A stretch of 64,000 nt of DNA from Gammaproteobacteria bacterium (GTDB lineage Bacteria; Pseudomonadota; Gammaproteobacteria; GCA-001735895): the NCBI GenBank assembly GCA_050298595.1, contig JBNKUM010000075.1, positions 29,597-93,596 on the forward strand, given 5' to 3'. The notes beneath the pieces are model-generated. The model made no database searches. It saw only the letters and a program-made list of their open reading frames with translations, and had not been told where the DNA came from. The translations under genes were made by a program, and so were the position numbers. Within the stretch, counting starts at the first letter, position 1, and each line of letters begins with the position of its first letter. Positions 30,623 through 43,163 of the stretch are shown piece by piece.

Positions 30623-33247
30623 TTAGCGGTCAACTGTGGAATCCGAGTTTCTACCGTCAAGCGCAATAAGTATTGACTGGTAATCGAAGTTTTCCGTCAG
30701 GCGAGACAATGTGTAACCTAGCTCGGCTTCGACTTCAGTGATTTTTTTGATGGTATCGTCGATGCTAGCACTGTCCAGGCTTTCAAGGACATCATGAAGT
30801 TCCTTACGTAGCGCTTGCGGTAGTATGCTAAGCATCTCTGGCGTCAAGGTCACAACCTCCTGTTGCGGCTCGAGTGAATCCTGATAAATGTATTTTACGC
30901 CCAGATGCTTTGACAGGCAGTCGTAGATTTCGCTCGCGCGGAAGGGCTTTCGTACATAATCGTCCATGCCGATATCGAGTATCGCATTGCGCTCTTCGGC
31001 AAATGCCGAGGCGGTCACAGCAGCTATCTTTACAGCCTTTCCGTCGGGCAGTTCACGAATGCGTTGTGTAGCTTCCATACCATCCATCACTGGCATGCGT
31101 CTATCCATCCAGATGAAGTGTGGATGCCAGCTCTGGAATAGTTGCACACCCTGCTCGCCGTTTTCTGCCAGTTTGACCTTAAAACCGACACTTTCCATAA
31201 GTTTGGTAAGAAGCAGCTGATTATCGCGCTGATCTTCGACGATCAGGATGCGGTATTCGGGTTGGCCTGGCTGCAACCCGGCTACTTCTCCCTCATCTAC
31301 CCCATTCGATTTACTAATATCGACTTCCTTCGCTTCCTGCAGTGGCAACTCAATCCTGAATAGTGAGCCTTTACCGGATTCACTTTGCAGGCTGATACTG
31401 CCCCCCATCATCCGTATAAACTGGCGCGTTATAGTCAGTCCAAGCCCGGTGCCCTTGCTGGCGCCCTGTTCCCCCAGTTGAACGAACGGTTCGAAAACAT
31501 GTCGCTGGTCTTCAGGTGTCATACCGATACCGCTATCTTCAACCTCGATGATCAAATGAGAGTATTTGTTTTGCCTGGTACCTAAGCGCAGAGTAACGCC
31601 ACCCTGGTCGGTGAATTTGACCGCATTGCCCAGCAGATTGATGAGTATCTGGCGCAGGCGGGCTTCGTCGCCTACAATGAAGCGCGGGAACATCGATGTC
31701 TGGTCAATCAACAGTTGCAGCCCTTTGCTCTGTGCGCGTTGCGACATCATTTCGCTGACGTCGCGTACCATACCGCCCAGATCGAACGGCGCGTTCTCCA
31801 GTTGCACTCGTCCAGCTTCGATCTTGGCCATTTCCAGTACGTCATTGATCAGGCTCAGCAGGTGTTTGCCGCTACGGTTGATGATGTCGATGTTTTGCTG
31901 TTCGTTCTCTGGCAACCGCGAGTCTTGACGGATCATGTCGGAGAAACCAAGTATAGCATTCAGTGGGGTGCGTAGTTCATGGCTCATATTAGCGAGAAAA
32001 ACGCTCTTGGCATGGTTAGCGGCTTCGGCATTATCTCGCGCCTTGATGAGTTCTGCTTCGATCTGTTTCTGGGTGGTGACGTCATGCATTGAGGCTACTG
32101 CGCCCAGCTTTTCTCCCGACTCACTGAACATCGCCTGGGCGGCACACAGCATGAAATGTCGACTACCATCCGCATGCACGATAATCATAGGATGTTCCCG
32201 AACCTGCTCCCCATTGAAGGCGCGAAACAGGGGGGTCTGATCGGTTGACATTGGCGTGATACCATCCTCCTGCAGCAATCTATAATGCTCGGACCAACGC
32301 TCCGGCGGCAAATCCTCCTGCTCTATACCATGTATCAGACGCGTGGCACGATTAAAGTAGGTAAGCACACCCTGTTTGTCGCAGGCGACTATGCCATCGG
32401 TGATATTTTCCAGCACTGCCTGGGTAAAGACCTGCTGCTGCAGCAGCTCCTCAGTCCGCTCCTCCACCAGCTCTGTGAGGTGGTCTCGGTGTAGCTGAAG
32501 TTCATTCTCTCGCTGGGTCAGGGTGTTCAACATGGCGTTGAAAGCATGACCGAGTTTAGCCGCCTCATCCTGACCTTTGAGTCGAACCCGGATCTCCCGA
32601 TCACCAGCATGGATAGCGTCTGCCACCGTTTGAATGGCGTATAAGCGGTGCGTCAGCCGCCAACCCATGAGCGCAGCCAGGATGGAAACGATAAAGATGG
32701 TTACTATGGCCTGCAGAACACCATTGCGAGTGATCGTGCGCAGACGTCTTGCTGTTGTCTCCTGGCCCAGGCCCACGCGTATCCAGCCTATGTTGCTACC
32801 AGCCAATACCACGGGGCTGACCACATCCAATACTTCAGCGGTCTGACTGATAATGCGGGTGTGCGATTCTGTTATCCGGCTATCCAGAAAACCTTTCAGG
32901 GATTTGCCTACCAGTGAGGTATCGCTATGGGCGAGCACCTGGCCCTGCGGGTCAAGAATCATGGCGAACAGAAGATCGGGGTAGCGGCTCTGAGCCTCGA
33001 TAATTTCCTGCAGACCGGAATAATCTCTCGCCGCTAGCCAGTCAGATGAGGAGGTCGCAATGCTCTGGGCCAGGGCGGTGGCGTGCTCGGCTTGACGTTC
33101 AAGTAGCATATCCTGTTGCCGATCAGTGAGATACCAGATGAACAGCGTCATCATCACAGCATTGAGCAGGGCTACGCCGAGTATGAGCTGGCCGCGCAGG
33201 GTGCCGAAGATCGGCCTCAGATAGCGTTCAAGCAGAGTCTGTCTCAC
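30623..33247 (-). CDS. Hybrid histidine kinase (TM-HAMP-PAS-HisKA-HATPase-REC)
   Basis: [34 protein letters not shown]. Confidence 0.92.
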   Translation of the reverse strand: MRQTLLERYLRPIFGTLRGQLILGVALLNAVMMTLFIWYLTDRQQDMLLERQAEHATALAQSIATSSSDWLAARDYSGLQEIIEAQSRYPDLLFAMILDPQGQVLAHSDTSLVGKSLKGFLDSRITESHTRIISQTAEVLDVVSPVVLAGSNIGWIRVGLGQETTARRLRTITRNGVLQAIVTIFIVSILAALMGWRLTHRLYAIQTVADAIHAGDREIRVRLKGQDEAAKLGHAFNAMLNTLTQRENELQLHRDHLTELVEERTEELLQQQVFTQAVLENITDGIVACDKQGVLTYFNRATRLIHGIEQEDLPPERWSEHYRLLQEDGITPMSTDQTPLFRAFNGEQVREHPMIIVHADGSRHFMLCAAQAMFSESGEKLGAVASMHDVTTQKQIEAELIKARDNAEAANHAKSVFLANMSHELRTPLNAILGFSDMIRQDSRLPENEQQNIDIINRSGKHLLSLINDVLEMAKIEAGRVQLENAPFDLGGMVRDVSEMMSQRAQSKGLQLLIDQTSMFPRFIVGDEARLRQILINLLGNAVKFTDQGGVTLRLGTRQNKYSHLIIEVEDSGIGMTPEDQRHVFEPFVQLGEQGASKGTGLGLTITRQFIRMMGGSISLQSESGKGSLFRIELPLQEAKEVDISKSNGVDEGEVAGLQPGQPEYRILIVEDQRDNQLLLTKLMESVGFKVKLAENGEQGVQLFQSWHPHFIWMDRRMPVMDGMEATQRIRELPDGKAVKIAAVTASAFAEERNAILDIGMDDYVRKPFRASEIYDCLSKHLGVKYIYQDSLEPQQEVVTLTPEMLSILPQALRKELHDVLESLDSASIDDTIKKITEVEAELGYTLSRLTENFDYQSILIALDGRNSDSTVDR

Positions 33248-34065
33248 TTTAATTCCACTGGGCGAACATCCTGCTCGAAGGTTGCAATATAATCGCGCAC
33301 CCTGTCATAGCTGGTGTTATTGGCGACATGGAAGCGAGCGGTCGACATTCCAGTGAGGGTGGCGTTTCCTGCAGGGGTTTGTTGAAGGGAAACCAGCAAG
33401 GCCTGTACTTTATCGCTTAGCACCGTTGGCACATCATCGCGAGCCATAACCGAGTTGTTCATCAGTGGAGGCGTCTCCAGGATCAACTTCAACTGGGCGG
33501 CTTGCTCAGGATGGTCATGCTGGAACAGTCGCCAGGGTGGCGGCCAGGTGGTAGCGGCGGTAAACCTGCCCAGATAGGCGTTCATGATAGACGATTCCTG
33601 CGAGCCTACATAGACGTTATCTATATCCCTGTTGATATCCAGCCCATGCTGGTAGAGGAAATACTGCGGCATGATGCAGGTGGCCTTGAAATCTGCAGTG
33701 TCACCCGCCATCGCGATTACCCGGTAGCCGACTTTGATAGCTTCCAGTGTATGCCAGGGATTGGGCAGCAGGAGTTCAGGGCTACGGGCGCAAAACTTCT
33801 CCTCGTATACCTGGTAATCGCGTGTTGCCTCCAGTAAGAAGCTCACTTCAGGAATGTTTGCATTCAGATAATCGATCAACGGCTGGTAGGCTTCTGCAAG
33901 CTTCTTTGGGTTGTGCAATGGGTGGATGGCCAGGTAGTAGCGCAGCTTTGCGCTACTCACTATTGCGTTGTCATATTGTGGTCCGCTAGGTGGCGGCGCA
34001 GAGTCGCAAGCAACGCTGAATATCAGCGTCAATACAAGGCTCAGGGCCAGGCGTATGTCACTCAT
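33244..34065 (-). pseudogene. PhnD-like substrate-binding lipoprotein, probably with an internal in-frame deletion
   Basis: Lipobox VAC, AIHPLHNP, YVGSQESSI; DFK joins directly to ATCIMPQ, lacking the usual VRKDS..LKGK..YP segment. Confidence 0.6.
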
Positions 34066-34214
34066 CTCTCGCTCCTACGGCAGGCGGCAGAACAGGCATC
34101 AATAGTTTCCTGCTATGCCAGATAAACAGATTACACAGTGCTTCAACAATATTTCATCGTGTTTTCACATTATGTATATTTATCCAGACATGCTTGCAGA
34201 GTTCCTCAATCTAA

Positions 34215-34231
34215 GGAACCTCTGATCAATT
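34215..34231 (+). repeat. Isolated MITE terminal repeat
   Basis: ggaacctctgatcaatt matches the TIR at 58024. Confidence 0.6.
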
Positions 34232-34280
34232 ATGTTATGTCTCTGTGCATCAAGACCTCGCTTTATAAGTTTCCTGCGAG

Positions 34281-37200
34281 TTACTTTAACAGCTTCAGAA
34301 TAGCCGGATAGTTATAGTTCTCGACGAGTCGGTTAAGCGTCTTCTCTAAAGCCGGGTTCTGCATGGCTATCTGCTGAACAACTGCTTCAATTCGACTTCT
34401 GTCCAGCAGTTCTAGTGCATTAATAAACTCATTGCGCAATTCTTCCGACAATTCCTCCAGCATATTACCTGTTAGAGTCTCATCCTGTTGTTTAAGCTCT
34501 GGCTCATCCTCGTAAATGTATTTTACGCCAAGGTGTTTTGACAGGCAGTCGTAAACTTCGCTCGCGCGGTAGGGCTTGCTCACATGGTCGTCCATCCCGG
34601 CATCGAGCATTTCGTTGCGCTGTTGAGGAAATACCGAGGCAGTGACTGCTACGATCTTTACCGCCTTGCCACCAGGCAGTTCACGGATGCGTCGTGTCGC
34701 CTGCATGCCATCCATCACCGGCATGCGCTGATCCATCCAGATGAAGTGTGGCTTCCAGTTCTGGAACAGTTGAACCCCCTGTTTCCCGTCCTCAGCGGTT
34801 CTGACCTTGAAACCGACAGGCTCAAGCAGCCGGGTTAGTAGTAACTGGTTATCACGGTTGTCTTCGACGATCAGAATACGGAATTCGGACTGACCGGGAG
34901 CGAGTCCCAGCACCTCTCCCTTGTGGTGTATTTGTGGTTTATTGATGCCGTTTTCAGGTGCTTCGAGTAGCGGCACGTCAACCCGGAACAGAGAACCTTT
35001 GCCGAACTCGCTTTGCACGCTGATATTTCCCCCCATCATCTGTACAAATTGGCGCGTGATGGTCAGCCCCAGTCCGGTACCCTTGTTGACGGCAAGCTCT
35101 CCAAGTTGAACGAACGGTTCGAACACATGCTGCTGCTGTTCTGGCGTCATGCCGATACCGCTATCCTCAACCTCGATCAGCAGATGTGCGATCTTGTTTT
35201 GCCTGGTGCCCAGACGTAGAGTCACATTGCCCTGGCGGGTGAATTTGATGGCATTGCTCAGCAGGTTGATCACAATCTGACGCAGGCGAGCCTCGTCACC
35301 GACGATGAAACGCGGAAACTCCGATGACTGCTCAATCAACAGCTTTAAGCCATTGTTCAGTGCACGTATCTCCATCATGTCTGTAGTGTCCTGGAGCATG
35401 GCACGCAGGTCGAACGGTCTGTTTTCCAGTTGCAACCTGCCAGATTCAATCTTGGCCATTTCAAGCACGTCATTAATCAGGTTCAGCAGGTGGGTACCGC
35501 TACGGTTAATAATTTCAATATTCTGATGCTCACTAGAGGGCAGTAGCGGATCTTTACTCATTATGGAGGAAAAGCCGAGAATGGCGTTGAGTGGTGTACG
35601 TAGTTCGTGGCTCATATTGGCGAGGAAGACACTCTTGGCATGGTTCGCGGCTTCCGCTGCATTGCGTGCCAGCACCAGATCGGCAGTGCGCTGCTGAATC
35701 TTCTCCTCCAGATCATCCTTGTACTGCCTAAGCTCCTCTGTTGCCCTCTTCTGCTCGTCAATATCTATCCGTAAGCCAAGCATGCGGCTCAGCTTGCCCT
35801 CTTTATCATGCTCAATAGCAAAACCGATCACCCGTTGCCAGCGATAACTGCCGTCGGCATGAAGCATACGTGCTTCGTAGGTATAATTGTCGCTGTTGCG
35901 GGAGAGGATCTGCTGGATATTTTTCTGCACCATGGGTACGTCTTCCGGGTGGATCCGTTCAAGCCACTCCTGACGATCTCCCTGGCCCTCACGAGCTTCG
36001 TAGCCCAACATTCTGTAGTAGATTGGGGAGGGATAAAAGAGGTCTTGTTTGACGTCCCAGTCCCAGACACCAATCTGTGCTGCCTCCAGGGTAAGTCTAA
36101 AGCGCGCCTCGGAAACCGTAAGCCTTTCCTCGGTGAGCTTGCGCTCGGTGATGTCGATAAAACTCACGATAACCTGCTCGATAACACCCTCGCTGTCGAA
36201 CACTGGTTCGGCATTCACCAGGACCCATATATGCTCCTGCTGATGCGGACGGTGTATGCCCAGGGTGATATTTCTCAGTGCGCGCTGCGAGTTTAGCACC
36301 CAGTTAACCGGATATTCGTCCAGTGGTAAAGTGCTGCCATCTTCGCGTATGAAATGCCAGGCTGGATCAATTGCCTTTTTGCCTAGCATCTGCTCATCAC
36401 TTAGCCCGAGCAATTGCTGCGCCATGGAATTGGAAATAAGGACTTGAGTATCCGCCCCATGTATGATCACAGCGGCCTGTATCTTCTGTACCAGTGTGCG
36501 GAACTTTTCTTCGCTCTGTTGCAACAGAGCGTTGTGTTGTTCCAGCTCGGCAGTCGAGCTTTGTAGTTTCTCGGTCATGGTGTTGAATGCAGTTGCCAGC
36601 AGACCGATTTCATCCTTCGAATTCACATCAGCCCTGATATTCAGGTCCCCCCGGGTAATGTGGTCAGCCATGTCGACCAAATGCTTAATGGGACTGGTTA
36701 GCAGGCGTGTAACAACAACAGCCAGTATAGCCACAATAAGTACCACGATTCCCGCCAGTATGGCAGTATTTTGCGTCAGTGCCTGTGTCGGCTCAAGAAG
36801 CCTTGCCTGTGGCTTAAGGAAGACGACCAGCCAGGGACGCGTCTTCATTTGAGCTACAGCGGCCGCATCCGCTACGGTGGATCGGTAAACATTAAAATAA
36901 GGACTGGAGGTATTGACCAGTTGCAGGCTATCTGCCAACCCAGGTGTTTTAGCCATCTGATAGAGCGAACCAGAAGGGCTGCCGGGAGAGGAGAGTCCAT
37001 CCGCCAGAATCACCCCTTCGCTGTCCAGCAAAAGAGGATAGGACTGAGGGCCGATGAGGCCTTTATCCTGTTCCAGCAATTGCTGCAAAACTGACGCCGT
37101 ATATCGTGCACGCAAGACGCCTAGCGGTTTTTCAGTCACTGAGTCGAAAACGAGATGGCTGTAGTAGAGATAGGCTATTTCGGAGTCAGCTTCGAATTCG

Positions 37201-37688
37201 ATGGAAGATACGTATGCCTTTCCGCTTTCCAGTGCCACCTGGAAATAATCTTTTGCGGATTCATCCTGGCCAATACCGTTTGCATCAGTATCCGCTATGT
37301 TGTGTCCACTCAGGTCCAGCAGGGCATAGGAGGAGATGAATGCCGGGTTCCTGTTGGTGAGCGATTGCAGGGTCTCCAGCGCCCGACGTTGCGCATCTGG
37401 ACTACTGGATTTGTCCCCTGGCAGGCGCAAATAAGAGGCTAGTGCTGGTAAATGAGATTCGACACTGATGACAGTAAGTTCAGAGCCGATGGATGCATCC
37501 AGCCGCGCAACTGTTTGCGAAGCTGCGGCAAACAGCGCCTGGTTAGCCGACTCGGTCAGTGCTCGCCGGGTGATGGTATCGTTGTACAGGACCAGGATGG
37601 TGAGCGGAACCAGAGCCACCATCACAAACGAGATTAACAGCTTGGCACGTAGCGAGGTTGCAATGGATTTCCAGACCTGCCCGATCAT
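34281..37688 (-). CDS. Hybrid histidine kinase (dCache-HAMP-PAS-PAS-HisKA-HATPase-REC)
   Basis: [46 protein letters not shown]. Confidence 0.92.
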   Translation of the reverse strand: MIGQVWKSIATSLRAKLLISFVMVALVPLTILVLYNDTITRRALTESANQALFAAASQTVARLDASIGSELTVISVESHLPALASYLRLPGDKSSSPDAQRRALETLQSLTNRNPAFISSYALLDLSGHNIADTDANGIGQDESAKDYFQVALESGKAYVSSIEFEADSEIAYLYYSHLVFDSVTEKPLGVLRARYTASVLQQLLEQDKGLIGPQSYPLLLDSEGVILADGLSSPGSPSGSLYQMAKTPGLADSLQLVNTSSPYFNVYRSTVADAAAVAQMKTRPWLVVFLKPQARLLEPTQALTQNTAILAGIVVLIVAILAVVVTRLLTSPIKHLVDMADHITRGDLNIRADVNSKDEIGLLATAFNTMTEKLQSSTAELEQHNALLQQSEEKFRTLVQKIQAAVIIHGADTQVLISNSMAQQLLGLSDEQMLGKKAIDPAWHFIREDGSTLPLDEYPVNWVLNSQRALRNITLGIHRPHQQEHIWVLVNAEPVFDSEGVIEQVIVSFIDITERKLTEERLTVSEARFRLTLEAAQIGVWDWDVKQDLFYPSPIYYRMLGYEAREGQGDRQEWLERIHPEDVPMVQKNIQQILSRNSDNYTYEARMLHADGSYRWQRVIGFAIEHDKEGKLSRMLGLRIDIDEQKRATEELRQYKDDLEEKIQQRTADLVLARNAAEAANHAKSVFLANMSHELRTPLNAILGFSSIMSKDPLLPSSEHQNIEIINRSGTHLLNLINDVLEMAKIESGRLQLENRPFDLRAMLQDTTDMMEIRALNNGLKLLIEQSSEFPRFIVGDEARLRQIVINLLSNAIKFTRQGNVTLRLGTRQNKIAHLLIEVEDSGIGMTPEQQQHVFEPFVQLGELAVNKGTGLGLTITRQFVQMMGGNISVQSEFGKGSLFRVDVPLLEAPENGINKPQIHHKGEVLGLAPGQSEFRILIVEDNRDNQLLLTRLLEPVGFKVRTAEDGKQGVQLFQNWKPHFIWMDQRMPVMDGMQATRRIRELPGGKAVKIVAVTASVFPQQRNEMLDAGMDDHVSKPYRASEVYDCLSKHLGVKYIYEDEPELKQQDETLTGNMLEELSEELRNEFINALELLDRSRIEAVVQQIAMQNPALEKTLNRLVENYNYPAILKLLK

Positions 37689-38044
37689 ATCCAGTACCTG
37701 TTCACCAGTGTATTCATCAGTTCTCTGGTTGTAGCAGATGGCGATGTGTCTTTGGACGCTGGACGCAAGGTGGTACCGGCAAAGGTCTTGCCGACATCTC
37801 GGAGGAACTTTTGTTGATCGCCTGAAGGCTCGATGGCCGAGTCAGGCCCGATCATTTGCAGAATATTTTCACTGGTCGGCGCGGCCAGGACTGATCGCAA
37901 CGGCATTCCGACCCCATAAAGACCGAAGGCAAATCCAGCCTGGGCACGCAGCTGCAAAAATTCGCGACGCTTCAACCTGCCGCGCTCGAACTGATCATTG
38001 GCCGACTTCAGAAAACAACGACGCTGACGCTCATAGTTATTCAT
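37685..38044 (-). pseudogene. Truncated Tat-exported extracellular solute-binding protein
   Basis: KRREFL twin-arginine motif, FLRDVGKTFAGTTLR; ends after about 120 aa and abuts the kinase start. Confidence 0.55.
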
Positions 38045-38328
38045 CTAACCTGCCTCTATCTCTATTCAAGTCCATTGATATTGTGTTTTAAATCGGCTTT
38101 TAGAAACTTAGTCTGGACACTTTAATATTGCTATACCAGAACCGACTGTGGGTTTTATTTTTCACCCGCCCGTGGAGTTACACTGTCCACTATATTGATA
38201 ATAGCCGCTTTATCGTATTTGTAGGTAATACTTTCCTGCTCTAAGCATGAAATTCACTGTGTCCCCCAAAAACTGCTCATCAGTCTCAACACATCGGAGT
38301 CTACCTGTCTGAGCATAAGGGGCATGTT

Positions 38329-41300
38329 TCATCGCTTTGCCTCGCTCAGCACATCGAGTATCAGCTGATACTCAAAATTTCCAGCGAGCTGGCTAAGCCT
38401 CTTATGTAATGCCTGATCATGTCTGGCAAGCTGCTGGATGGCTGTCTCAATGCGGCCCATATCCAGGCTTTCCAGCGCTTCAATAAGCTCGCCACGCAAT
38501 GTCTGCGGTAAATCCTCCACCATCTTTGCTGTTAAGATCTCAACCATCTGCTGTGGTTCGGGTTCACTCTGGTAAAGGTATTTCACGCCCAGCTGTTTTG
38601 CCAGGCAGCCGTAAATTTCGCTTGCGCGGTAAGGTTTGCGTACATAGTCGTCCATGCCAGCATCGAGCATTTCGCTGCGTTGTTCGGCAAACGCCGAGGC
38701 GGTCACTGCGACAATCTTCACCTCCTTGCCTCCAGGTAATTCACGGATGCGACGTGTTGCCTGTATGCCATCCATCACAGGCATACGTCTATCCATCCAG
38801 ATAAAGTGTGGTTTCCAGCTCTGGAATAGCTGTATGCCCTGCTCACCATTTTCTGCCAATTTAACTTTAAAGCCTACAGACTCAAGCAGTCGGGTCAGCA
38901 GCAACTGATTATCACGCTGATCTTCGACGATCAGGATTCGGTATTCAGGTTGCCCAGCAGCCAACCCCGTGACGTCACCCTTGATATTCAATTTCTGTTT
39001 GCCGATGTCAGCCGCAGATACTTGCTGCAATGGCAGTTCTACCCTGAATAGCGATCCTTTACCGGGTTCGCTTTCAAGACTGATACTGCCTCCCATCATC
39101 TGCACGAACTGCTGAGTGATGGTCAGCCCAAGCCCAGTGCCTTTGTTGATGCCATGTCCAGCAAGTTGTACGAAGGGCTCGAAGATGTGCCGCTGTTCTT
39201 CAGGGATAATACCTATGCCACTATCCTCAACCTCGATTATCAGGTGGGAGGGCTTGTTCTGCTTTGTGTCCAGGCGCAGTGTCACGCCCCCTTGCTGAGT
39301 GTATTTGATGGCATTTCCTAGCAGATTGATCAGGATCTGGCGCAGCCGAGCCTCGTCACCGACGATGTAACGCGGGAACAGCGGTGACTGATCGATTAAC
39401 ATTTCCAGCCCCTTGCTGAGTGCGCGCTGAGTCATCATGTCGCTGACATCCTGTACCAGGCCACCCAGATCGAACGGCACGTTTTCCAGTTGCACCCGCC
39501 CGGCTTCGATCTTGGCCATATCCAGTACATCGTTGATCAAATTGAGAAGGTGTTTACCACTGCGCGTGATGATATCCAGATATTCCTTCTGCTCTGCTGT
39601 GGCCTGGCGATTATTGTGCATCAGTTGGGAAAATCCGAGCACCGCGTTCAGCGGGGTACGGATCTCATGGCTCATATTGGACAGGAATACACTCTTGGCG
39701 AGATTCGCGGCTTGCGCAGCATCGCGCGCAAGCACCAGTTCGGCGGTGCGTTGCTGGATGATTTCTTCAAGATTGTCTTTGTGGCTACGCAGTGCCTCTT
39801 GCATGTGCATGTGCTCGGTCACATCACGTGACAGCACTAGAAAGCGAGGTTCAGCCGAAACATCAGTCACAGGTTTCTTAGACAGCGACAGTTCGAACCA
39901 GTGTGCCTCCTGAGGCAGATCTATACGTATGATATTGCCGACCGAAAGCTCACTCTCGTTCGCTTCTCGGATAGCCTCCATGGCGATGGCGGCAGCGGCG
40001 GGAGGGAGTACTTCTTCCACTGTCTTGCCGAGCAATTCTTCTCTGGGTAAAGCCAGTAGCTCTGGTCTTCTTGTCCATACATTAAGATATTGCCCTTGTG
40101 CATTCACCTCAAACAGAATGTCGGGAATCGCGTTGATAATCCCTTCGGTGAATTCTAGCGCCTGCTTGAGTTGCAACTCCGCTTTCTTGCGTTCAATAAT
40201 TTCCCAGGCCTGATCAGCAAGCAGCGTAGCGACTTCGATATCTTTTTCAGTATAGTCGGTAGGCTTGTTGCCTACCCCAAGACTGGCCATTATGGTGTTA
40301 CCGCGAAAGACCGGCACCACTATTTCGCGTATCACCGTTGCATGCCCTTCTGGCATCCCTTTGCGATGGGTAAGTGAAGCATAGTCGTTATGCACAACTG
40401 CTTTTCTCAGGCGCACACTATCTGCCCAGACTCCGGCTTCGGAGACAGGATAATGCAACCCCATGCCTGCCGCCTTGCAGAATTCCTGCCGGGTTCTTGT
40501 GGACCAGTTCTGAAGCGTCAGGGTATCCTGGTCAGCATCGACAAAGTGGAAAAATCCTATCAGGCTTCCTGTCAGTTTCTCGACTTGATTGAGGGTTTCT
40601 TCCAGCAACTCATCCATGGTATGCGTCTCTGAAAAGCTCACCAGATGTATCCTTGCAGTATTAACCGCCTCATTACGCATGCGCTCAGTAATATCACGGT
40701 TGGAAACCCGCCGTCCCATGTACCTGTTGTCATCCCCATACACCGCCTGACAAACATGTGATATCCAGCGACTCTCACTATCACGCCGAACAATCCGAAA
40801 ATCCACCTCAGCAGAGTCAGTTTGTTCCAGATTGTGCGGGTGATTTTTCATTCGATGCTGATCATCTGGATGAATGATACGGAATAGCAGGTCTGGATCG
40901 GCAATAAACTCTGCCTGAGAGTAGCCTGTGACACGCTCACAGGATGGCGATGTGTAAACGATATTGCCGTCGCGCCCCTCCCAATATTCCCAATCGTAGG
41001 TATGGTCGGCGATGGTATGGAATTTCTCCTCCTCTAGTGCCAGCTTGTGGGTGATTTCCAGTTGCTGTCTCCACGAACGTCTGGTCATCCATATGCCAAT
41101 TGACGAAATCAAAATAAACAGTATCAGCAGTCCGCTGAGTTCCTGCACTTCATTCCACCAGTCCAGCAGATACTCTTCATTTGCCAGTCTCACGCTAATA
41201 AAAAGGGGGTAACTACTCGTTTTATGAAAGGAAACGATCTGTGTATCGCTGTCAAAGATGCTAGACGTGTGAAAGACTCCTGAAGTGAGCCCAGCATGCA

Positions 41301-42090
41301 CCATCTTGTTAAAATCACTCTCAATCACTTTACTACCGATGACGTTAGCAAAATCCTGTGGACGGGGGTGCAGGACAATCAGACCCATATCACCGCCTCG
41401 TAGGGCGATCTGCCCATGTATACCGACATCCACTGTGGCAAATATTTTGTTGATATTCTCCAGTGAGATATTGGCAAACACGACACCGGCGAAGCGACCG
41501 TCTGGATAATTCAGACGGTGAGCTAAGATGAGGACCCAAACCTTATTGATGTAGGACTTGACGGGTTTGTTAATAAACAGGCCAAGATTTGCTTCATCGC
41601 GTTGGCGCATGAAATACATCCGGTTTGTCAGATCAACCTTCCTGTCCCGAGGAACATCGACGCCATATTTCACGAAGCCGTATTCATCCGTTGCACGCAG
41701 ACCGATCACCCACGGCAGGCGCCCTTGTAAACGGGTCATGAAAACCTCCAGTTCAGCGCTGTTGGGGTTGCCTGTCTTGAGCTCGTGTTCGATTTCGTCC
41801 ACCGCTGAACGCAAACCTATATCCACTATATTAATGGCGTTTTCAATACTTTGCGTGAGGGCAGCAGACAAATTCTGTGTGGTAACTTCAGCGCGTTGCT
41901 GATGATTACCCAGGCTGTGAATGAGTAAAAATACCACCAGAGCAATGACCATCAAATTGAGCAATACGATGCTTATGCCAAAGTGCCGAGTGAAGTCGGC
42001 TTTGCCGGTTGATGTCATGCGAAGACGGTTTTGCATTTTTAAAACCTTCCCAGTATTTAGCCTTACTTTTTTTGGAAAATTTCCGACCAA
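38329..42090 (-). CDS. Hybrid histidine kinase (Cache-PAS-GAF-PAS-HisKA-HATPase-REC); start uncertain
   Basis: DWEYW..IIHPDD, GAF segment [35 protein letters not shown]. Confidence 0.92.
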   Translation of the reverse strand: MVGNFPKKVRLNTGKVLKMQNRLRMTSTGKADFTRHFGISIVLLNLMVIALVVFLLIHSLGNHQQRAEVTTQNLSAALTQSIENAINIVDIGLRSAVDEIEHELKTGNPNSAELEVFMTRLQGRLPWVIGLRATDEYGFVKYGVDVPRDRKVDLTNRMYFMRQRDEANLGLFINKPVKSYINKVWVLILAHRLNYPDGRFAGVVFANISLENINKIFATVDVGIHGQIALRGGDMGLIVLHPRPQDFANVIGSKVIESDFNKMVHAGLTSGVFHTSSIFDSDTQIVSFHKTSSYPLFISVRLANEEYLLDWWNEVQELSGLLILFILISSIGIWMTRRSWRQQLEITHKLALEEEKFHTIADHTYDWEYWEGRDGNIVYTSPSCERVTGYSQAEFIADPDLLFRIIHPDDQHRMKNHPHNLEQTDSAEVDFRIVRRDSESRWISHVCQAVYGDDNRYMGRRVSNRDITERMRNEAVNTARIHLVSFSETHTMDELLEETLNQVEKLTGSLIGFFHFVDADQDTLTLQNWSTRTRQEFCKAAGMGLHYPVSEAGVWADSVRLRKAVVHNDYASLTHRKGMPEGHATVIREIVVPVFRGNTIMASLGVGNKPTDYTEKDIEVATLLADQAWEIIERKKAELQLKQALEFTEGIINAIPDILFEVNAQGQYLNVWTRRPELLALPREELLGKTVEEVLPPAAAAIAMEAIREANESELSVGNIIRIDLPQEAHWFELSLSKKPVTDVSAEPRFLVLSRDVTEHMHMQEALRSHKDNLEEIIQQRTAELVLARDAAQAANLAKSVFLSNMSHEIRTPLNAVLGFSQLMHNNRQATAEQKEYLDIITRSGKHLLNLINDVLDMAKIEAGRVQLENVPFDLGGLVQDVSDMMTQRALSKGLEMLIDQSPLFPRYIVGDEARLRQILINLLGNAIKYTQQGGVTLRLDTKQNKPSHLIIEVEDSGIGIIPEEQRHIFEPFVQLAGHGINKGTGLGLTITQQFVQMMGGSISLESEPGKGSLFRVELPLQQVSAADIGKQKLNIKGDVTGLAAGQPEYRILIVEDQRDNQLLLTRLLESVGFKVKLAENGEQGIQLFQSWKPHFIWMDRRMPVMDGIQATRRIRELPGGKEVKIVAVTASAFAEQRSEMLDAGMDDYVRKPYRASEIYGCLAKQLGVKYLYQSEPEPQQMVEILTAKMVEDLPQTLRGELIEALESLDMGRIETAIQQLARHDQALHKRLSQLAGNFEYQLILDVLSEAKR

Positions 42091-42220
42091 TCAACATAAT
42101 CATCCCTGCGCAATATCTAAGGTACCTCATCTGTGCTTAGGTATTACTTCAAGTATAACCGGATACTCATAGTTCACGACCCGTGTTATATCTTCTTTGT
42201 AGCGTTTTATAAAGCCTTGC

Positions 42221-42735
42221 TCAGTCATCGATTATACCGCCAGGCGCAATCAGTATTGGCTGGTAATCGTATTTTTTCGTCAGGCTAGATAATGTGCTAG
42301 CTAACTCGGCTTCGGTTTCACTTATCCTGCTGATGATAACGGCGATTCCTGCGCTGTCCAGGCTTTCCAGTACATCCCGCAGTTCCTGACGCAGCGCTTG
42401 CTGCAATATGGTAAGCTTCTCCGATGTCAAGGTATCAGCCTCCTGTTGCGGCTTGAGTGTATCCTGATAAAGGTATTGCACCCAGATGTTTCGACAGACA
42501 GTCGTAGATTTCGCTCGCGCGGAAGGGCTTACGCACAAAATCAAGTCCTGTTCGTGGGTGCGCATGTAATCAAGGGCTCTAAAATGACTTGCTGTCAGGG
42601 CTCTTATCAGCGGCAACACCTCGGGCTGATCCTGCCGTACTGCCAGCACGTCAATGATGGCATCGGGCATCTGCCGACTGTCGAACAGTGTATGTGCCCC
42701 GGCACGTAGAATAGCTGTGGCGTTCGGCTCATTGG
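42221..42735 (-). pseudogene. Chimeric remnant: ABC substrate-binding fragment fused to the tail of a fourth hybrid kinase
   Basis: EPNA..GAHTLFDSRQMPDAIIDVLAVR, then DNA encoding [19 protein letters not shown] closely similar to 30890-30955. Confidence 0.8.
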
Positions 42736-42881
42736 TAATTTGGATTTATTATTAGAAGAGATAAGCTTTCGAAGCGAGCCTCAGTTTAGAACGCTACACT
42801 AGAACCGAAGGTCCAGGGACATAACTTGGGCGTAATGGTTGAACCTGGAATCCGCAGTATGATGGTTAAGGACGGCATTTT

Positions 42882-43142
42882 TTAAATATCTCTGCGCTCA
42901 ACCAGCTCTGGGTCAGCAGTAATCGCCCGATAGATTTCAATCCTGGAGCCTTCCTCTGCTGGTGCATCGAGTTTTGTGACCTTGCCAAATACACCGACCT
43001 TTTGCTTTTCCAGATCAATATCGGGAAATTGATCCAGTAATCCTGAATGCTCAATAGCTTCTCTTACGCTGCTGCCGTCGGGAATTTCCAGTTTTAGCCA
43101 GACCTGTTTGAACTTGTCTGCATAGGCTACGCCAATATTCAT
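42882..43142 (-). CDS. rnfH: RnfH
   Basis: KVGVFGK..RIEIYRAITADP; last gene of rnf operon. Confidence 0.92.
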   Translation of the reverse strand: MNIGVAYADKFKQVWLKLEIPDGSSVREAIEHSGLLDQFPDIDLEKQKVGVFGKVTKLDAPAEEGSRIEIYRAITADPELVERRDI

Positions 43143-43163
43143 AACGTCTATCCTCCTTTGAAA

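Noticed and set aside
30874-41902. Many plus-strand ORFs opposite the hybrid kinases, and similar ones opposite amtB, ribB and rnf genes
   Set aside because: Antisense shadow ORFs of strongly supported genes, with no recognisable motifs.
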